A stretch of DNA of 59,018 nucleotides, filler included, from 9 parts of 9 records of this genome joined end to end with filler, not necessarily neighbours in it; one strand, 5' to 3'. Numbered from the whole stretch's first letter, positions 8,063 through 19,396 are shown. Numbers and translations are program-made. The notes: a model not told the origin generated them from the sequence alone.

Positions 8063-10795
8063 ATGGATAAATTTTCGTCTGTGGGAAACCAGGAATTAGA
8101 GGCGATAGAAAACCTTTATCAATCGTATCTTGAGGATCCGGAATCAGTGGATAAAAGCTGGCAGCAGTTTTTTTCCGGTTTTGAATTGGCGCGCAAACAT
8201 TATCCTGAAAAACCAGGCTTGGTAAAACAGGATAACATCGACAAGGAATTTGCGATTCTTAATTTGATTCACGGGTATCGGCAACGTGGCCATTTGTTTA
8301 CCAAAACAAATCCGGTGCGTTCGCGTCGAAAATACACCCCAACTTTAACTCTCGAAAACTTTGGCTTAGAGCAGAAAGATCTGGAAACTACCTTTCAGGC
8401 CGGAAATGAGATTGGAATTGGCCCGGCAAAGTTAAAAGATATTGTTGCTCACCTTGAGGATACCTACTGTCGGTCGGTAGGAGTGGAGTATGTTTATATG
8501 CGTAAACCGGAAGTGGTACAATGGTTGCGCGAACGTATGGAAAGTACAAAAAACTCGGAATCTTATTCTGTTGAGAAACGAAAACACTTTTTCTATCATT
8601 TGAAACTGGCGGTTGGTTTTGAGAATTTTATTCATAAAAAATTTGTAGGGCAAAAGCGGTTTTCACTGGAAGGTGCTGAAGCACTGATTCCGGCGCTGGA
8701 CGCTGTTATTGAACGTGGTGCAGAACTGGGAATGGAGGAGTTTATTCTTGGAATGGCACATCGGGGAAGGTTAAATGTGCTGGCCAATATACTTGAAAAA
8801 CCATATGAGAATATTTTTAAGGAGTTCTATGGTAAAGAATACGAAGACGATATTGCACAGGGAGATGTAAAGTATCATTTGGGTTACGAGAATGAAGTGA
8901 CAACAGATTTTAATAAAAAAGTAAAGTTAAAACTGTTGCCCAATCCATCGCATCTTGAAACCGTTGCCCCAATTGCCGAGGGGATGGTTCGTTCGCAAAT
9001 CGAATACGAATTTGAACGCGATTATAGTAAAGCTGCTGCAATTATTATTCATGGAGATGCAGCTATTGCCACCCAGGGCGTTGTATACGAAACAATTCAA
9101 ATGTCGCAACTGCCAGGTTACAAAACAGGCGGAACCATACACCTTGTCATTAACAACCAGGTTGGTTTTACAACCCCATACCAGGAGGCTCGGTCAAGTA
9201 CCTATTGTACCGACGTAGCAAAAGTTACACGTTCACCTGTTTTTCATGTAAATGGCGACGATGTTGAAGCTGTTATCTGGACTGTAAAACTGGCAATGGA
9301 ATTCAGGCAGAAATTTCATTCAGATGTATTTATCGATATTTTATGTTACCGGAAATATGGGCACAACGAAGGAGATGAACCTCGTTTCACCCAGCCGATG
9401 TTATACAAGGCCATTTCCAAACATAAGAATCCACGCGATATTTATGCGGGTAAACTGAACGATATGGGAATAATGTCCCATAAAGAATCGCGTGATAAGA
9501 TACGCGAGTTTGACCAATTCCTGGAAGGGAAATATAAAGCGTCAGAAAAAATCAGTAAACTCAAAATCAGGAAATTCCTGGTGAAGGATTACGAACAGTT
9601 TGAAATGCCAACGAAAGCTAATTTTAATGAAACTGTTGCAACCGGAGTTGATGAAAATATTATTCGCAACATTGCGGAGAAGATAACAACATTACCCGGA
9701 GATTTGCCCTTCTTTAAAAAAGTAAACCGGATTATTTCGGACCGGAAAATGATGATGCACGATAACCGCTTAGACTGGGCAATGGCCGAACAGCTGGCCT
9801 ATGGAACGCTGGTTGCAGAAGGGCACCCGGTGCGTTTAAGCGGACAAGACAGTGAACGAGGAACCTTTGCTCACCGGCATGCAGCGTTTATCGTTGAAGG
9901 AACCGATAACAAGTATTTTCCTCTGAAACACGTTGCCGATAAACAAGCTCGTTTTAAAGTGTATAATTCACTACTTTCGGAATACGCCGTTTTGGGCTTT
10001 GAATATGGTTATGCACTTTCAGAACCAAATGGGTTAACCATTTGGGAGGCTCAGTTTGGCGATTTTCATAACGTAGCTCAGGTGGTTGTCGATCAGTATA
10101 TTACGTCTGCTTTTGAGAAGTGGGGGCTGATGAATGGTTTAACCCTGTTTCTTCCGCATGGTTTTGAAGGGCAGGGACCAGAGCATTCCTCTGCACGAAT
10201 GGAGCGTTTTCTTGAACTGGCCGCTAATAACAATATCCAGGTAACCAATCCTACCACTCCGGCAAACCTGTTTCACTTACTTCGTCGTCAGGTGAAAATG
10301 AAAATGCGTTTGCCGCTGATCGTTTTTACGCCCAAAAGTTTGTTGCGCCACCCAATGGTACATTCTTCGGTTGAAGAGTTGGCAAAAGGTCATTTTCAGG
10401 AAATTATTGATGATCCTTTTGGCGAGCCCGGGAAAGTGGAAAAAATTGTTTTTACTTCAGGCAGATTGTATTACGATTTAGCCAAATACAAAATAGAACA
10501 TGGAATTGAAAACGTTGCTGTTGTTCGGATGGAACAGGTATATCCGATTCCGAATAAGCAGTTAAACGAAATATTAAAGAAATACAATACTACAGAATTG
10601 ATTTGGGCACAGGATGAGCCGGAAAATATGGGTGCATGGCCATTTATTAACCGGAAACTGGATTGTTTGGGATTTCAGCTGGTATCACGTCCTGAGAGTG
10701 CCAGCCCCGCAGTTGGGTTAATGGAAAAACACAGATTGGGGCTTGACCGGATTTTGAATACCGTTTTTGAAGAAAAAGAAGTAGTTGCGTCATAA
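8063..10795 (+). CDS. sucA: 2-oxoglutarate dehydrogenase E1
   Basis: [28 protein letters not shown]-binding, [16 protein letters not shown]. Confidence 0.97.
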   Translation: MDKFSSVGNQELEAIENLYQSYLEDPESVDKSWQQFFSGFELARKHYPEKPGLVKQDNIDKEFAILNLIHGYRQRGHLFTKTNPVRSRRKYTPTLTLENFGLEQKDLETTFQAGNEIGIGPAKLKDIVAHLEDTYCRSVGVEYVYMRKPEVVQWLRERMESTKNSESYSVEKRKHFFYHLKLAVGFENFIHKKFVGQKRFSLEGAEALIPALDAVIERGAELGMEEFILGMAHRGRLNVLANILEKPYENIFKEFYGKEYEDDIAQGDVKYHLGYENEVTTDFNKKVKLKLLPNPSHLETVAPIAEGMVRSQIEYEFERDYSKAAAIIIHGDAAIATQGVVYETIQMSQLPGYKTGGTIHLVINNQVGFTTPYQEARSSTYCTDVAKVTRSPVFHVNGDDVEAVIWTVKLAMEFRQKFHSDVFIDILCYRKYGHNEGDEPRFTQPMLYKAISKHKNPRDIYAGKLNDMGIMSHKESRDKIREFDQFLEGKYKASEKISKLKIRKFLVKDYEQFEMPTKANFNETVATGVDENIIRNIAEKITTLPGDLPFFKKVNRIISDRKMMMHDNRLDWAMAEQLAYGTLVAEGHPVRLSGQDSERGTFAHRHAAFIVEGTDNKYFPLKHVADKQARFKVYNSLLSEYAVLGFEYGYALSEPNGLTIWEAQFGDFHNVAQVVVDQYITSAFEKWGLMNGLTLFLPHGFEGQGPEHSSARMERFLELAANNNIQVTNPTTPANLFHLLRRQVKMKMRLPLIVFTPKSLLRHPMVHSSVEELAKGHFQEIIDDPFGEPGKVEKIVFTSGRLYYDLAKYKIEHGIENVAVVRMEQVYPIPNKQLNEILKKYNTTELIWAQDEPENMGAWPFINRKLDCLGFQLVSRPESASPAVGLMEKHRLGLDRILNTVFEEKEVVAS

Positions 10796-10806
10796 AAAAC
10801 CAAAAA

Positions 10807-12045
10807 ATGATAATCGAAATTAAAGTTCCCAGTCCGGGAGAATCTATAACCGAAGTTGAAATCGGAACCTGGCTGGTTGAGGATGGCTCCGTTGTTGCCA
10901 AAGATCAGGAAATTGCCGAAGTTGAATCGGATAAAGCTACCCTGACCATTGTTGCCAGCGAAGGTGGAAAAATTGAAGTTAAAGCGGCCGAAGGAGAAGC
11001 TGTTGAGGTTGGGGCTGTTGTTTGTACCATCGATACCAGTGTAGAAGTTCCAGCTGCTCCACCGAAACCTGAAGTTGCAGATGAGGCAGAACAGGAAAAA
11101 CCTAAGCCGGTTGAAGAAAAATCAGTGGAGGTGTCTAAATCATCGGAACACGAAAAGGTGAAGGTAACATCGGTGGCCAAAGAAATGATGAAAGAGCATG
11201 GGCTATCGGTTGATGATGTGATTAGTGGCTTAAAAAGATTGGGCAAGAAGGAGGTGGAAACAGTTGTTAATAATCCACAACTCACTGCACCATTAGTTCC
11301 TCAAAAAGAAGCGAGCAGGGAAGAAGAGCGTCAGCGGATGTCGAGTCTGCGCCGAAAACTAAGTGCACGTTTGGTTTCGGTAAAAAACGAAACTGCTATG
11401 CTAACCACTTTTAATGAGGTGGACATGAGCTATGTGATGGATATGCGTAAAAAATACCAGCAGAAGTTTGTGGATACACATGGTTTTAAGCTCGGATTTA
11501 TGTCTTTCTTCACTAAAGCAGTGGCAACAGCAATGGATTTTCATCCCATGGTAAATGCACAGATCAACGGGGACGAAATTGTACAGCCTCAATTTGTAGA
11601 TGTTGGAATTGCCGTGTCAACACCAAAAGGTTTAATGGTGCCGATTGTTCGGAATGCTGAAAGTAAAACCATACCGGCGATAGAACTTGAAATTAAGCAG
11701 CTGGCCGAAAAAGCCCGAACCAAAAAAATTACCGTGGAAGAACTTTCCGGAGGTACTTTTACCATTACCAACGGAGGAGTATTTGGAAGTTTGTTGTCTA
11801 CGCCTATCATCAATCCGCCTCAATCGGCGATTTTGGGGATGCACAATATTGTAGAGCGTCCGGTTGCAGTTAACGGGCAGGTAGTTATCCGGCCTATGAT
11901 GTATGTGGCTCTTTCATATGATCATCGTATTATTGATGGTAAAGACTCGGTAGGTTTTCTGGTGAAATTAAAAGAATTACTTGAAAATCCTGCGCGCATG
12001 TTTACCGGTGGTAAAGACGCCGGAGAACTGTTGTTAGGGATTTAA
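10807..12045 (+). CDS. sucB: dihydrolipoamide succinyltransferase E2
   Basis: Lipoyl motif [25 protein letters not shown]. Confidence 0.97.
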   Translation: MIIEIKVPSPGESITEVEIGTWLVEDGSVVAKDQEIAEVESDKATLTIVASEGGKIEVKAAEGEAVEVGAVVCTIDTSVEVPAAPPKPEVADEAEQEKPKPVEEKSVEVSKSSEHEKVKVTSVAKEMMKEHGLSVDDVISGLKRLGKKEVETVVNNPQLTAPLVPQKEASREEERQRMSSLRRKLSARLVSVKNETAMLTTFNEVDMSYVMDMRKKYQQKFVDTHGFKLGFMSFFTKAVATAMDFHPMVNAQINGDEIVQPQFVDVGIAVSTPKGLMVPIVRNAESKTIPAIELEIKQLAEKARTKKITVEELSGGTFTITNGGVFGSLLSTPIINPPQSAILGMHNIVERPVAVNGQVVIRPMMYVALSYDHRIIDGKDSVGFLVKLKELLENPARMFTGGKDAGELLLGI

Positions 12046-12067
12046 GACCAACCTTAATATTTGAAAT

Positions 12068-12097
12068 TACCCGGAATTCGAATCCGGGTATTTTTTT
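12068..12097 (+). terminator. intrinsic terminator after sucB
   Basis: TACCCGGA / TCCGGGTA stem followed by T7. Confidence 0.85.
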
Positions 12098-12155
12098 GGA
12101 AATTCATCAAAACGTAAAAAATACAATAAGCTTTCTTTTTATCCATTTGAATTTC

Positions 12156-12163
12156 TATTTTTG
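12156..12163 (+). promoter_or_regulatory. Bacteroidota -7 promoter element for the GH43 gene
   Basis: TATTTTTG matches TAnnTTTG, about 30 nt upstream of the ATG. Confidence 0.55.
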
Positions 12164-12190
12164 GGGCATTAATCATTTAAACCTTAAGAA

Positions 12191-13178
12191 ATGTCCAATA
12201 AATTTCAGACAAGCCTACTTTTAATTATTCTTTGTAGTTGCTTAGTCGTTAGCGGGTTAGCGCAGACTGATCCTGAAACGTTTAAAAATCCTATTCTTTC
12301 AGGCTATTATCCCGATCCATCTATCGTTCGTGTTGGTGACGATTATTACATGGTGAACTCCACCTTTGAATGGTTTCCCGGAATGCCTGTTCATCATAGC
12401 AAGGATCTTGTAAACTGGGAATTGATTGGTTATGGTTTACATCGTCCGGAACAGTTAAATCTACAGAAAGGTCTGGCTGATTATATGGGAATATTTGCGG
12501 TTTCCATTCGTTATCACGACGGGTTATTTTACCTGATTACTACCTGTGTAAACTGCGAGAAAGGCGGGAATTTTTATATCACAGCTGAAAATCCGGCAGG
12601 TCCTTGGTCAGACCCGGTGTGGTTGGATGCCCCCGGTATCGATCCTTCGTTAATGTGGGACGATGACGACAAGTGTTACTATGTTGGACATGGAAATTTA
12701 AAGCCAGAACCGGAGTGGCCTCAACAGCAGGGAATATGGGCTCAGGAACTGGATCTTGATAAAAGAATGTTGGTTGGAAAACGAGTACAGTTAACGCACG
12801 GACATGCCAACAACGCTGTTTGGAGCGAAGGACCGCATATCTATAAAATAAATGGGAAATACTTGTTAATGCACGCCGAAGGAGGAACAGGCTATAACCA
12901 TGCTACAGTTGTACATCACAGTGATTCTGTTTTTGGACCTTATGTTGCGGATATGGTAAATCCGGTTTTAACCCATCGTCACCTGGGTAGAGCCTATCCT
13001 TTTCATTCCATTGGACATACCGATTTGGTGCAAACCCAGAATGGAGACTGGTGGGCTGTAATGCTTGGAAAACGTTATGTTGATGGATATACACTTTTGG
13101 CGCGCGAAACATTTTTGTGCCCGGTAACTTTCGAAGGACAAACACCTATTTTTAATCCGGGTGTAGGTAAGGTATTGG
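12191..13178 (+). CDS. secreted glycoside hydrolase family 43 (beta-xylosidase/arabinofuranosidase-like), 3' truncated
   Basis: Signal peptide, NPILSGYYPDPSIVRVGDDYY, GIDPSL, WSEGPHIYK, GHTDLVQT. Confidence 0.92.
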
Positions 13179-13278
13179 NNNNNNNNNNNNNNNNNNNNNN
13201 NNNNNNNNNNNNNNNNNNNNNNTTAATTAATTAANNNNNNNNNNNNNNNNNNNNNNNNNNNNNNNNNNNNNNNNNNNN
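13179..13278. other. artificial contig linker
   Basis: N44-TTAATTAATTAA-N44. Confidence 0.99.
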
Positions 13279-14208
13279 TCCCAAACTACCCGTAAAGTAT
13301 GCGACATATTAAAAAATATGGGAAAATCCGTTGTGGCCGTCCGGCACCCCATGCCTTATGGAGACCTGAGGAAGCAGGTTGTGCAGCGTTTTTCCAGCTA
13401 TGACGACTTTGAGAAGCACAATTGCACTATAGAAGAAAGAGAAGAATACGAACCCCTGGTTGATCAGGGCATTATTGTTTATTCAGGTATAGATTACGGC
13501 GAAATTCTCAAGGAAGCGGAAAGAGAAGCAGATGTTATTGTCTGGGACGGCGGCAACAATGATACTCCGTTTTACAGGCCGGACGTCCATATAGTTCTGT
13601 TTGATCCTCATCGTCCTGGGCATGAACTGCTGTATTTTCCGGGTGAAGTAAACATGCTGATGGCGGATGTCGCCGTCATTAATAAAGTCGACACCGCCGA
13701 ACCCGAACAAATAGACAAGGTAAGAAGTAATATTGAGGCTTATGCGCCCGAGGCCGACATCGTGCTGGCCGAATCCCCCGTTATCGTCAGCAACCCGGAA
13801 AGGATAAAGGGCAAGCGCGTGCTTGTGGTGGAAGACGGGCCCACTTTGACCCACGGAGAAATGAAATTCGGCGCCGGCTCAATAGCGGCCGAACAATTCC
13901 AGGCCGAGGAAATGGTTGATCCCCGCCCACATGCCCGCGGTTCAATTCGAGAAGTTTATAACCAGTATCCACATATCGGTCCGGTTCTGCCGGCCATGGG
14001 ATACAGCGCTGAACAAATAAAGGAACTGGAGCAGACAATTAACGGAATCGACTGCGACCTCGTATTGTTTGCCACCCCGGTTCAACTTCCTTTGATCCTT
14101 AATATCGAAAAACAAACTGTTCGCGTTCGTTATGAATACCGGGATTTCGGCAAGCCGGACCTGGAAGGCGCCCTGATTGAAAACCTCAAAAATAACGATA
14201 GGCTTTAA
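13279..14208 (+). CDS. arcE: cPGS-family P-loop protein, probable arginine synthetase ArcE, 5' truncated
   Basis: Frame open from the contig edge (SQTTRKV, end of P-loop); RHPMPYGDL, CTIEEREEYEP, WDGGNND, VEDGPTLTHG, LPAMGY; 3 nt upstream of carbamate kinase. Confidence 0.75.
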   Translation, partial: SQTTRKVCDILKNMGKSVVAVRHPMPYGDLRKQVVQRFSSYDDFEKHNCTIEEREEYEPLVDQGIIVYSGIDYGEILKEAEREADVIVWDGGNNDTPFYRPDVHIVLFDPHRPGHELLYFPGEVNMLMADVAVINKVDTAEPEQIDKVRSNIEAYAPEADIVLAESPVIVSNPERIKGKRVLVVEDGPTLTHGEMKFGAGSIAAEQFQAEEMVDPRPHARGSIREVYNQYPHIGPVLPAMGYSAEQIKELEQTINGIDCDLVLFATPVQLPLILNIEKQTVRVRYEYRDFGKPDLEGALIENLKNNDRL

Positions 14209-14211
14209 CTC

Positions 14212-15153
14212 ATGACCTCCACAGACGGCCAAAAGATTCTCCTGGTCGCCCTGGGCGGTAATGCTCTCATCCGCAAGGGGCAGGTTGGGGCCATTGAGGA
14301 ACAATTTAAAAACCTGGTCGCCCCCATCCGGCAAATTGCCCGGCTTTCTCGCCAATACCGGATAATTATTACCCATGGCAACGGACCCCAGGTGGGCGAC
14401 TTGCTTCTAAAGCAGGAAAACTGCGATTCGCTTCCGCGTCTGCCCTTGGAAATTCTTGTGGCTCAGACCCAGGGCCAGATCGGCTATATGATTGAATCTA
14501 CACTGGATAGCGAACTCATGGCTTTGGGTAAAGACGCCCAGAAGCCCCTGGTGAGTCTGATCAGTTATGTTGTCGTGGATAAAAACGACAAAGCTTTTTC
14601 CAGTCCGTCAAAACCAATCGGCCCTGTATATAGTCATGAAGAAGCTCTTAACCAGCCTTTCCCGGTAAAGGAAACCGCCAAGGGCTTCCGAAGAGTGGTC
14701 GCCTCGCCCAAACCGGTGACCATAGTTGAAAAAAGGGAAATAAAGCAGCTCATAGACCTGGGATTCATAGTAATTTGCTGCGGTGGAGGCGGTATCCCGG
14801 TCATCAGGGAAGGGCGCTCATTTTCAGGTGTGGACGCAGTGGTCGACAAGGATCTGGCCAGCGCCAAACTGGCCGAGGAAGTTGGAGTTGATATTTTCCT
14901 GATTGCAACTGATGTTGAAGGGGCGGCCGTCAACTTTGGAAAACCCGATCAGAAATTTCTAAATTCCCTCACGGTTCGTGAGGCTGAAAACTATCTGAAA
15001 AATGGTTGTTTTCCTTCCGGTTCCATGGGGCCCAAAGTGGAGGCGGCAGTGGATTTTATTGTCAGGGGAGGGGAAAAAGCAATAATTACGTCAATAGAAT
15101 CAATTGAAAGTTCGCTGGAGGGAAAGGCCGGGACTGTTGTCGCCGGCCTTTGA
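14212..15153 (+). CDS. arcC: carbamate kinase
   Basis: ALGGNAL, THGNGPQVG, GGGGIPV, VDKDLAS, GSMGPKVEAA. Confidence 0.95.
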   Translation: MTSTDGQKILLVALGGNALIRKGQVGAIEEQFKNLVAPIRQIARLSRQYRIIITHGNGPQVGDLLLKQENCDSLPRLPLEILVAQTQGQIGYMIESTLDSELMALGKDAQKPLVSLISYVVVDKNDKAFSSPSKPIGPVYSHEEALNQPFPVKETAKGFRRVVASPKPVTIVEKREIKQLIDLGFIVICCGGGGIPVIREGRSFSGVDAVVDKDLASAKLAEEVGVDIFLIATDVEGAAVNFGKPDQKFLNSLTVREAENYLKNGCFPSGSMGPKVEAAVDFIVRGGEKAIITSIESIESSLEGKAGTVVAGL

Positions 15154-15165
15154 TCACCAGGTAAA

Positions 15166-16182
15166 TTATTTCAATTGCCCGCTGATATATTGTTCAGCGA
15201 TTCTTACTTCCTCTTTGCTGCCTATTATGAGCGGAACTCTCTGGTGAATATCATTGGGCACGATATCCATAATTCTTTCATGCCCTGTACTGGCTGCTCC
15301 TCCGGCTGCTTCGGCCAACATGGCCAATGGATTCGCTTCCGTGGTCAGCCTTAATTTACCGGTGGGCTGACGGGAATCCCGATGGTCCGCCGGGTAAAGG
15401 AATATGCCGCCGTTCAGCAGATTTCTGTGAAAATCGGCTACAAGGCCGCCAATATATCTTGATGTATAGCTATGGTGATGACTGGCCTCAGGGTCCTTTA
15501 AGTAGTCAATATAGTTGCGAACATTTTCGTCCCAGTAACGGTAATGGCCTTCATTGACCGAATAAATTTTCCCCGTTTCCGGAATGCGTATATCCTCTTC
15601 GGAAAGAATGAACTCGCCTACCGAAGGATCGAGTGTAAAGCAATGCACGCCATTGCCGGCGGTAAAAATCATGACAGTGGATGATCCATAAAGAAAATAG
15701 CCGGCAGCGACCTGACGATGGCCCGGTTGAAGCACATCGTCCAGAGTTCCTTCATCGTCTCCAGGCGTCACCCGTTTGTAAAATGAAAAAATCGTTCCGA
15801 TGCTGATGTTGGATTCCAGGTTGGAACTACTGTCTATAGGATCGAAAAGTACAACATAGTTGCCCGCTTTTTGCTGCCTGGGCATGGAAATCAATTCCGG
15901 ACTTTCATCGGAGGCCATGGCGCAGACTTCACCGCTTGACTGCACTCTATGAGTAATGGTTTCCTTGGCAAAATCATCAAGCTGGAGCAATTTTTCTCCA
16001 TGTACATTATTCCTGCCCGTATATCCCATAAGGTCGGCCAGACCGGCTTTGTTTATTTCGCGTGAAATCAATTTGGCCGCTACTATCAAGCCGTTTAGCA
16101 ACCGGGTAAAGGCGCCGGTTGCTTCAGGAGTTTTTTTCTGGGTATCCAGAAGGTGTTCAATTACAGTTGTTCCAAGTTTCAT
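15166..16182 (-). CDS. fbp: class 1 fructose-1,6-bisphosphatase (divergent)
   Basis: DPIDSSSN, SIGTIFS, YSVNEG, RYIGGLVADFHRNLL, GKLRLTTEANP; start 16182 after GGGAGG. Confidence 0.9.
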   Translation of the reverse strand: MKLGTTVIEHLLDTQKKTPEATGAFTRLLNGLIVAAKLISREINKAGLADLMGYTGRNNVHGEKLLQLDDFAKETITHRVQSSGEVCAMASDESPELISMPRQQKAGNYVVLFDPIDSSSNLESNISIGTIFSFYKRVTPGDDEGTLDDVLQPGHRQVAAGYFLYGSSTVMIFTAGNGVHCFTLDPSVGEFILSEEDIRIPETGKIYSVNEGHYRYWDENVRNYIDYLKDPEASHHHSYTSRYIGGLVADFHRNLLNGGIFLYPADHRDSRQPTGKLRLTTEANPLAMLAEAAGGAASTGHERIMDIVPNDIHQRVPLIIGSKEEVRIAEQYISGQLK

Positions 16183-16388
16183 TTTTTTTGCCTCCCCTTG
16201 ATTATGATAACCAAGAAATTTATGGACACACACCCAAATTAATTCTATTCATATTAATAGAAATTTACAACGCGCGCCATACTCAAAAATCAAGTTCATG
16301 GAAATATTATGTAGTTTTAACCTATTCGAAAATATAGGATTTCCCTGACGCGCTTTTATAATCAATAAAACGATGTTGTTTTTTTAAA

Positions 16389-16973
16389 TCATGGATTCCA
16401 CGGCTTGGCGATTATCTCGCGCACTTTTAAATCCAGGCAACTATGCGAGTTGGCCGGCCGTAATATCATGGCTGTGTCCGCGCCCCGGCCTGATCCCCCG
16501 ATGCTCAACACATCCTCGTCTGTCCGTATGTATCCCCGGTCCGCAGCCATATAAGCGATTTCAACCCCGACTTTTACTCCCTGTCCGAACATTCGTAATA
16601 CATGGGCCATGATTTCATCCAACTGGAAAGTCCCCAGCTTATTTCTTACTCCCCTGCCCACGCCCCCAAAAGCATGCGCCGCGGTCACAAACTTTATTCC
16701 AGTTGAAACCAGTTCTTCTCTCAACTCATCATCCAAAGATTGATTATTCGGTTCTCCGTAACCGGTTACATGAGTCACGGCGATGATCTCACATTCCTTG
16801 GGATCGAAAAATGATAAGGACTCCTTGACCGTCCTGCCGGTGGTTGTGGCCATGACGACTTTCTTAATCCCGAGTTCCTTCATTCTTGCAGCAGCCGCTT
16901 CCAATAAGGACGTTGTGTTTTTAGGGCCGGGCTTGTTAAAATAAATTGCATTGGCTTTTATATGATCCTGCAT
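16389..16973 (-). CDS. stand-alone pyruvate kinase C-terminal (alpha/beta) domain-like protein, COG1751-like
   Basis: YFNKPGPKNT, VMATTTGRT, LRMFGQGVKVGVEI, GGSGRGADTA, VREIIAKP; SD GGAGGG. Confidence 0.8.
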   Translation of the reverse strand: MQDHIKANAIYFNKPGPKNTTSLLEAAAARMKELGIKKVVMATTTGRTVKESLSFFDPKECEIIAVTHVTGYGEPNNQSLDDELREELVSTGIKFVTAAHAFGGVGRGVRNKLGTFQLDEIMAHVLRMFGQGVKVGVEIAYMAADRGYIRTDEDVLSIGGSGRGADTAMILRPANSHSCLDLKVREIIAKPWNP

Positions 16974-17348
16974 TTCATCCCTCCATCTAAATTTATAATT
17001 TAATCCGTAACATCGTTTAGAGTCCACTAATAAAAAGAACAAAAATCAATTTTAAATCACTGGCGCCGATCAGGCCCATCACGATTGAGAAATAAAAAAC
17101 TAGATTTTTTCATAACTCAAAATTGAATTTAAATTAATGGGATAAAGGTTTGTTTAGATTCCCATGATCAATGTAGGCTATTTGTCGTATGGCAATTTTC
17201 AAAAGAAGTGTTATATTCATGTGGAATGTCCTTCGGGGCAAATTTTTTTGAAGGGAAAAATGAGCGCACAGTGCTGTTCAGCGGCTCTATCTCTAACTGA
17301 AATCTGATTTGATTCTAGTGTGTTGTGTTGCTCCGGCGACCGTAATAT

Positions 17349-18239
17349 ATGAAATTTAAAATGAAATTTGGAAGTAAGCGTTTTGGGGCCAAAAGAAAAG
17401 TGAGAACGCTTAATCCATTCGAACCTGTAAATCAAGCTAAGTTTGAATCTCCCGAATTAAATGTCACTTTGTTGGATCCCCACGTCCACACAAATTATTC
17501 CGACGGCGCCGCTACTGTGAAAGATGTGGAAAAAATATGTCTTTCCAAGCAGATAGGCTGCTGCATAACAGATCATAATGAAATCCGGGGAAGCCTCAAA
17601 CTGTATGATCGGCAAAGAATACCTACTATTCCTTCAATTGAAATCGGCTCCAGGGAACAGATCGAATTAATTCTTTTCTTCAAGCATGCGTACGAATGCG
17701 AGGAATTCTTTAAAACGCAGATCGAACCATATCGTCAACGCAGGTTGTATGCATATCTGCCTCGTTCTCTCGAATACCTGGTTGCCGCGGCCAAGGAACA
17801 TGAAGTGATTGTTTCAATCCCGCATCCCTTTGCCCCGCTATGGAAAAATATGCGGTACGGAGGGAAAAGAAGGGATGCAATATTTAAAACCATAGACATG
17901 GCCGACTGTATTGAAGTCTTCAACGGCGCCCTGACACAGAAGGCGAACAGGCAAGCCTTGAATCTTTGTCAAAGTATGGACAAGACGCCTTTGGGCGGCT
18001 CCGACAGCCATGATGTCGATTCTATCGGATCGGTAGTAGTGGCCTTTAACCAGGATATAAACTCAGCCAACCTTTACGAAAATATAGATAAAGATCAGAT
18101 TTTCGGCATCTGGGGCCTGTGCGGCCAGTCACACAGGCATCTGTCCACTGTCTGGAATGTGGCCATGCGGCATTCCCGTAAATTCATCGATCCGGCCGAT
18201 ATGCTTGGCCGGACTAATTTATTAAGAAAATCAGCATAA
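17349..18239 (+). CDS. PHP-domain metal-dependent phosphoesterase
   Basis: DPHVHTNYSDG, ITDHN, PHPF, IEVFN, GGSDSH. Confidence 0.88.
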   Translation: MKFKMKFGSKRFGAKRKVRTLNPFEPVNQAKFESPELNVTLLDPHVHTNYSDGAATVKDVEKICLSKQIGCCITDHNEIRGSLKLYDRQRIPTIPSIEIGSREQIELILFFKHAYECEEFFKTQIEPYRQRRLYAYLPRSLEYLVAAAKEHEVIVSIPHPFAPLWKNMRYGGKRRDAIFKTIDMADCIEVFNGALTQKANRQALNLCQSMDKTPLGGSDSHDVDSIGSVVVAFNQDINSANLYENIDKDQIFGIWGLCGQSHRHLSTVWNVAMRHSRKFIDPADMLGRTNLLRKSA

Positions 18240-18264
18240 TATATCTGATGGTCCAATTTGTCCC

Positions 18265-18301
18265 GGGTTGTGGTTATTTAAAAACTGCAACCCTTTTTTT
18301 T
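18265..18301 (+). terminator. intrinsic terminator after the PHP gene
   Basis: GGGTTGTGGTT / AACTGCAACCC stem followed by T8. Confidence 0.8.
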
Positions 18302-18376
18302 GGCCTTGAGAAATTAATCTCGGATAAACTACTACTGTGTCCCAAAAATATGTAGTAAATTCGGACAAGCAGTCTT

Positions 18377-18400
18377 GTAGGTTGGGTTAGCGCAGCGTAA
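18377..18400 (+). repeat. truncated GTAG-type REP element at the contig end
   Basis: GTAGGTTGGGTTAGCGCAGCGTAA: GTAG head plus left arm and loop of a palindrome, cut where the right arm (CCCAAC) is expected. Confidence 0.55.
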
Positions 18401-18500
18401 NNNNNNNNNNNNNNNNNNNNNNNNNNNNNNNNNNNNNNNNNNNNTTAATTAATTAANNNNNNNNNNNNNNNNNNNNNNNNNNNNNNNNNNNNNNNNNNNN
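18401..18500. other. artificial contig linker
   Basis: N44-TTAATTAATTAA-N44. Confidence 0.99.
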
Positions 18501-19396
18501 AGGTGATCGATTCGGGGGAGCCTCTGACCATATGGGACGAACCCTTTACCCTTCCCAGCGGCGATGTGATTCGCCTCGATGTGGTGAAGCTCCCGTTCCG
18601 GTCCTTTGACAGCGGAGAGACGGTGATGCTGGGGATGGCGCAGGACGTGAGCGATAAGTACAGCCTGCAGGAGGGCATAATGAGGACGGAGCGTCTCCGG
18701 TCCCTGGGCGTTCTGGCCGGTGGCGTCGCCCATGACTTCAACAATCAGTTAATGGGGATACTCGGATACCTGGAGTTGGCCGGCAAAGAGGATCTTCCAG
18801 AGAGGGCCGTCACGTACCTGGATGGCGTCAGAACCGCAGCGAACCGCGCATCCGATTTGGTTCAGAATCTCCTCGGCTTCAGCCGGGAGAAGCCGAAGAA
18901 TCTGATGCCTGCGGATGTACACTCCCTGCTGAAGGAAGTGGTCTCTCTTGTTCAGGCTTCCAGCCGAAGGGGGATTCTCTATCTGTCTGAGTTCAACGCC
19001 CTTCAATCGGTCATCCCCTGTGACGCGGGCATGGTGGAAAACGCACTCTTTCATGTCGTGCTCAATGCCGCTCAGGCTATCCGCGGCGAAGGCGAGGTTC
19101 GGATCATAACCCGGGATGTCGCTTATGAGGATCTCCCTCTGGAAAAATTGGCAGACGAAGTGCCCGAGGGTACCTTTCTGCTGGTGCAGGTCGAGGATAA
19201 CGGGGTGGGCATAGACGAAAAAATCAGGGATAGAATCCTCGAACCTTTTTTCACAACGAAGGCTGACGCGGGGGGGACAGGTATCGGCCTCGCCCTGGCC
19301 TACGGAACGGTGAAGAACCATCATGGGATCGTGCAGGTGGAGAGCCTGCCCGGCGAGGGGACGAAGGTACGCATCTATCTTCCCGTCAGAATGTGA
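18501..19396 (+). CDS. PAS-type sensor histidine kinase, 5' truncated
   Basis: H-box AGGVAHDFNNQL, N-box NAAQA, DNGVGI, FFTTK, GTGIGL. Confidence 0.9.

Noticed and set aside
17233-17300. c-di-GMP-I riboswitch-like GGGCAAA..GAAG..GCGCACAG upstream of the PHP gene
   Set aside because: The loop is not GNRA, GACGCAAA is not matched, and no second stem with a tetraloop receptor is evident; only a cmscan hit would rescue it.
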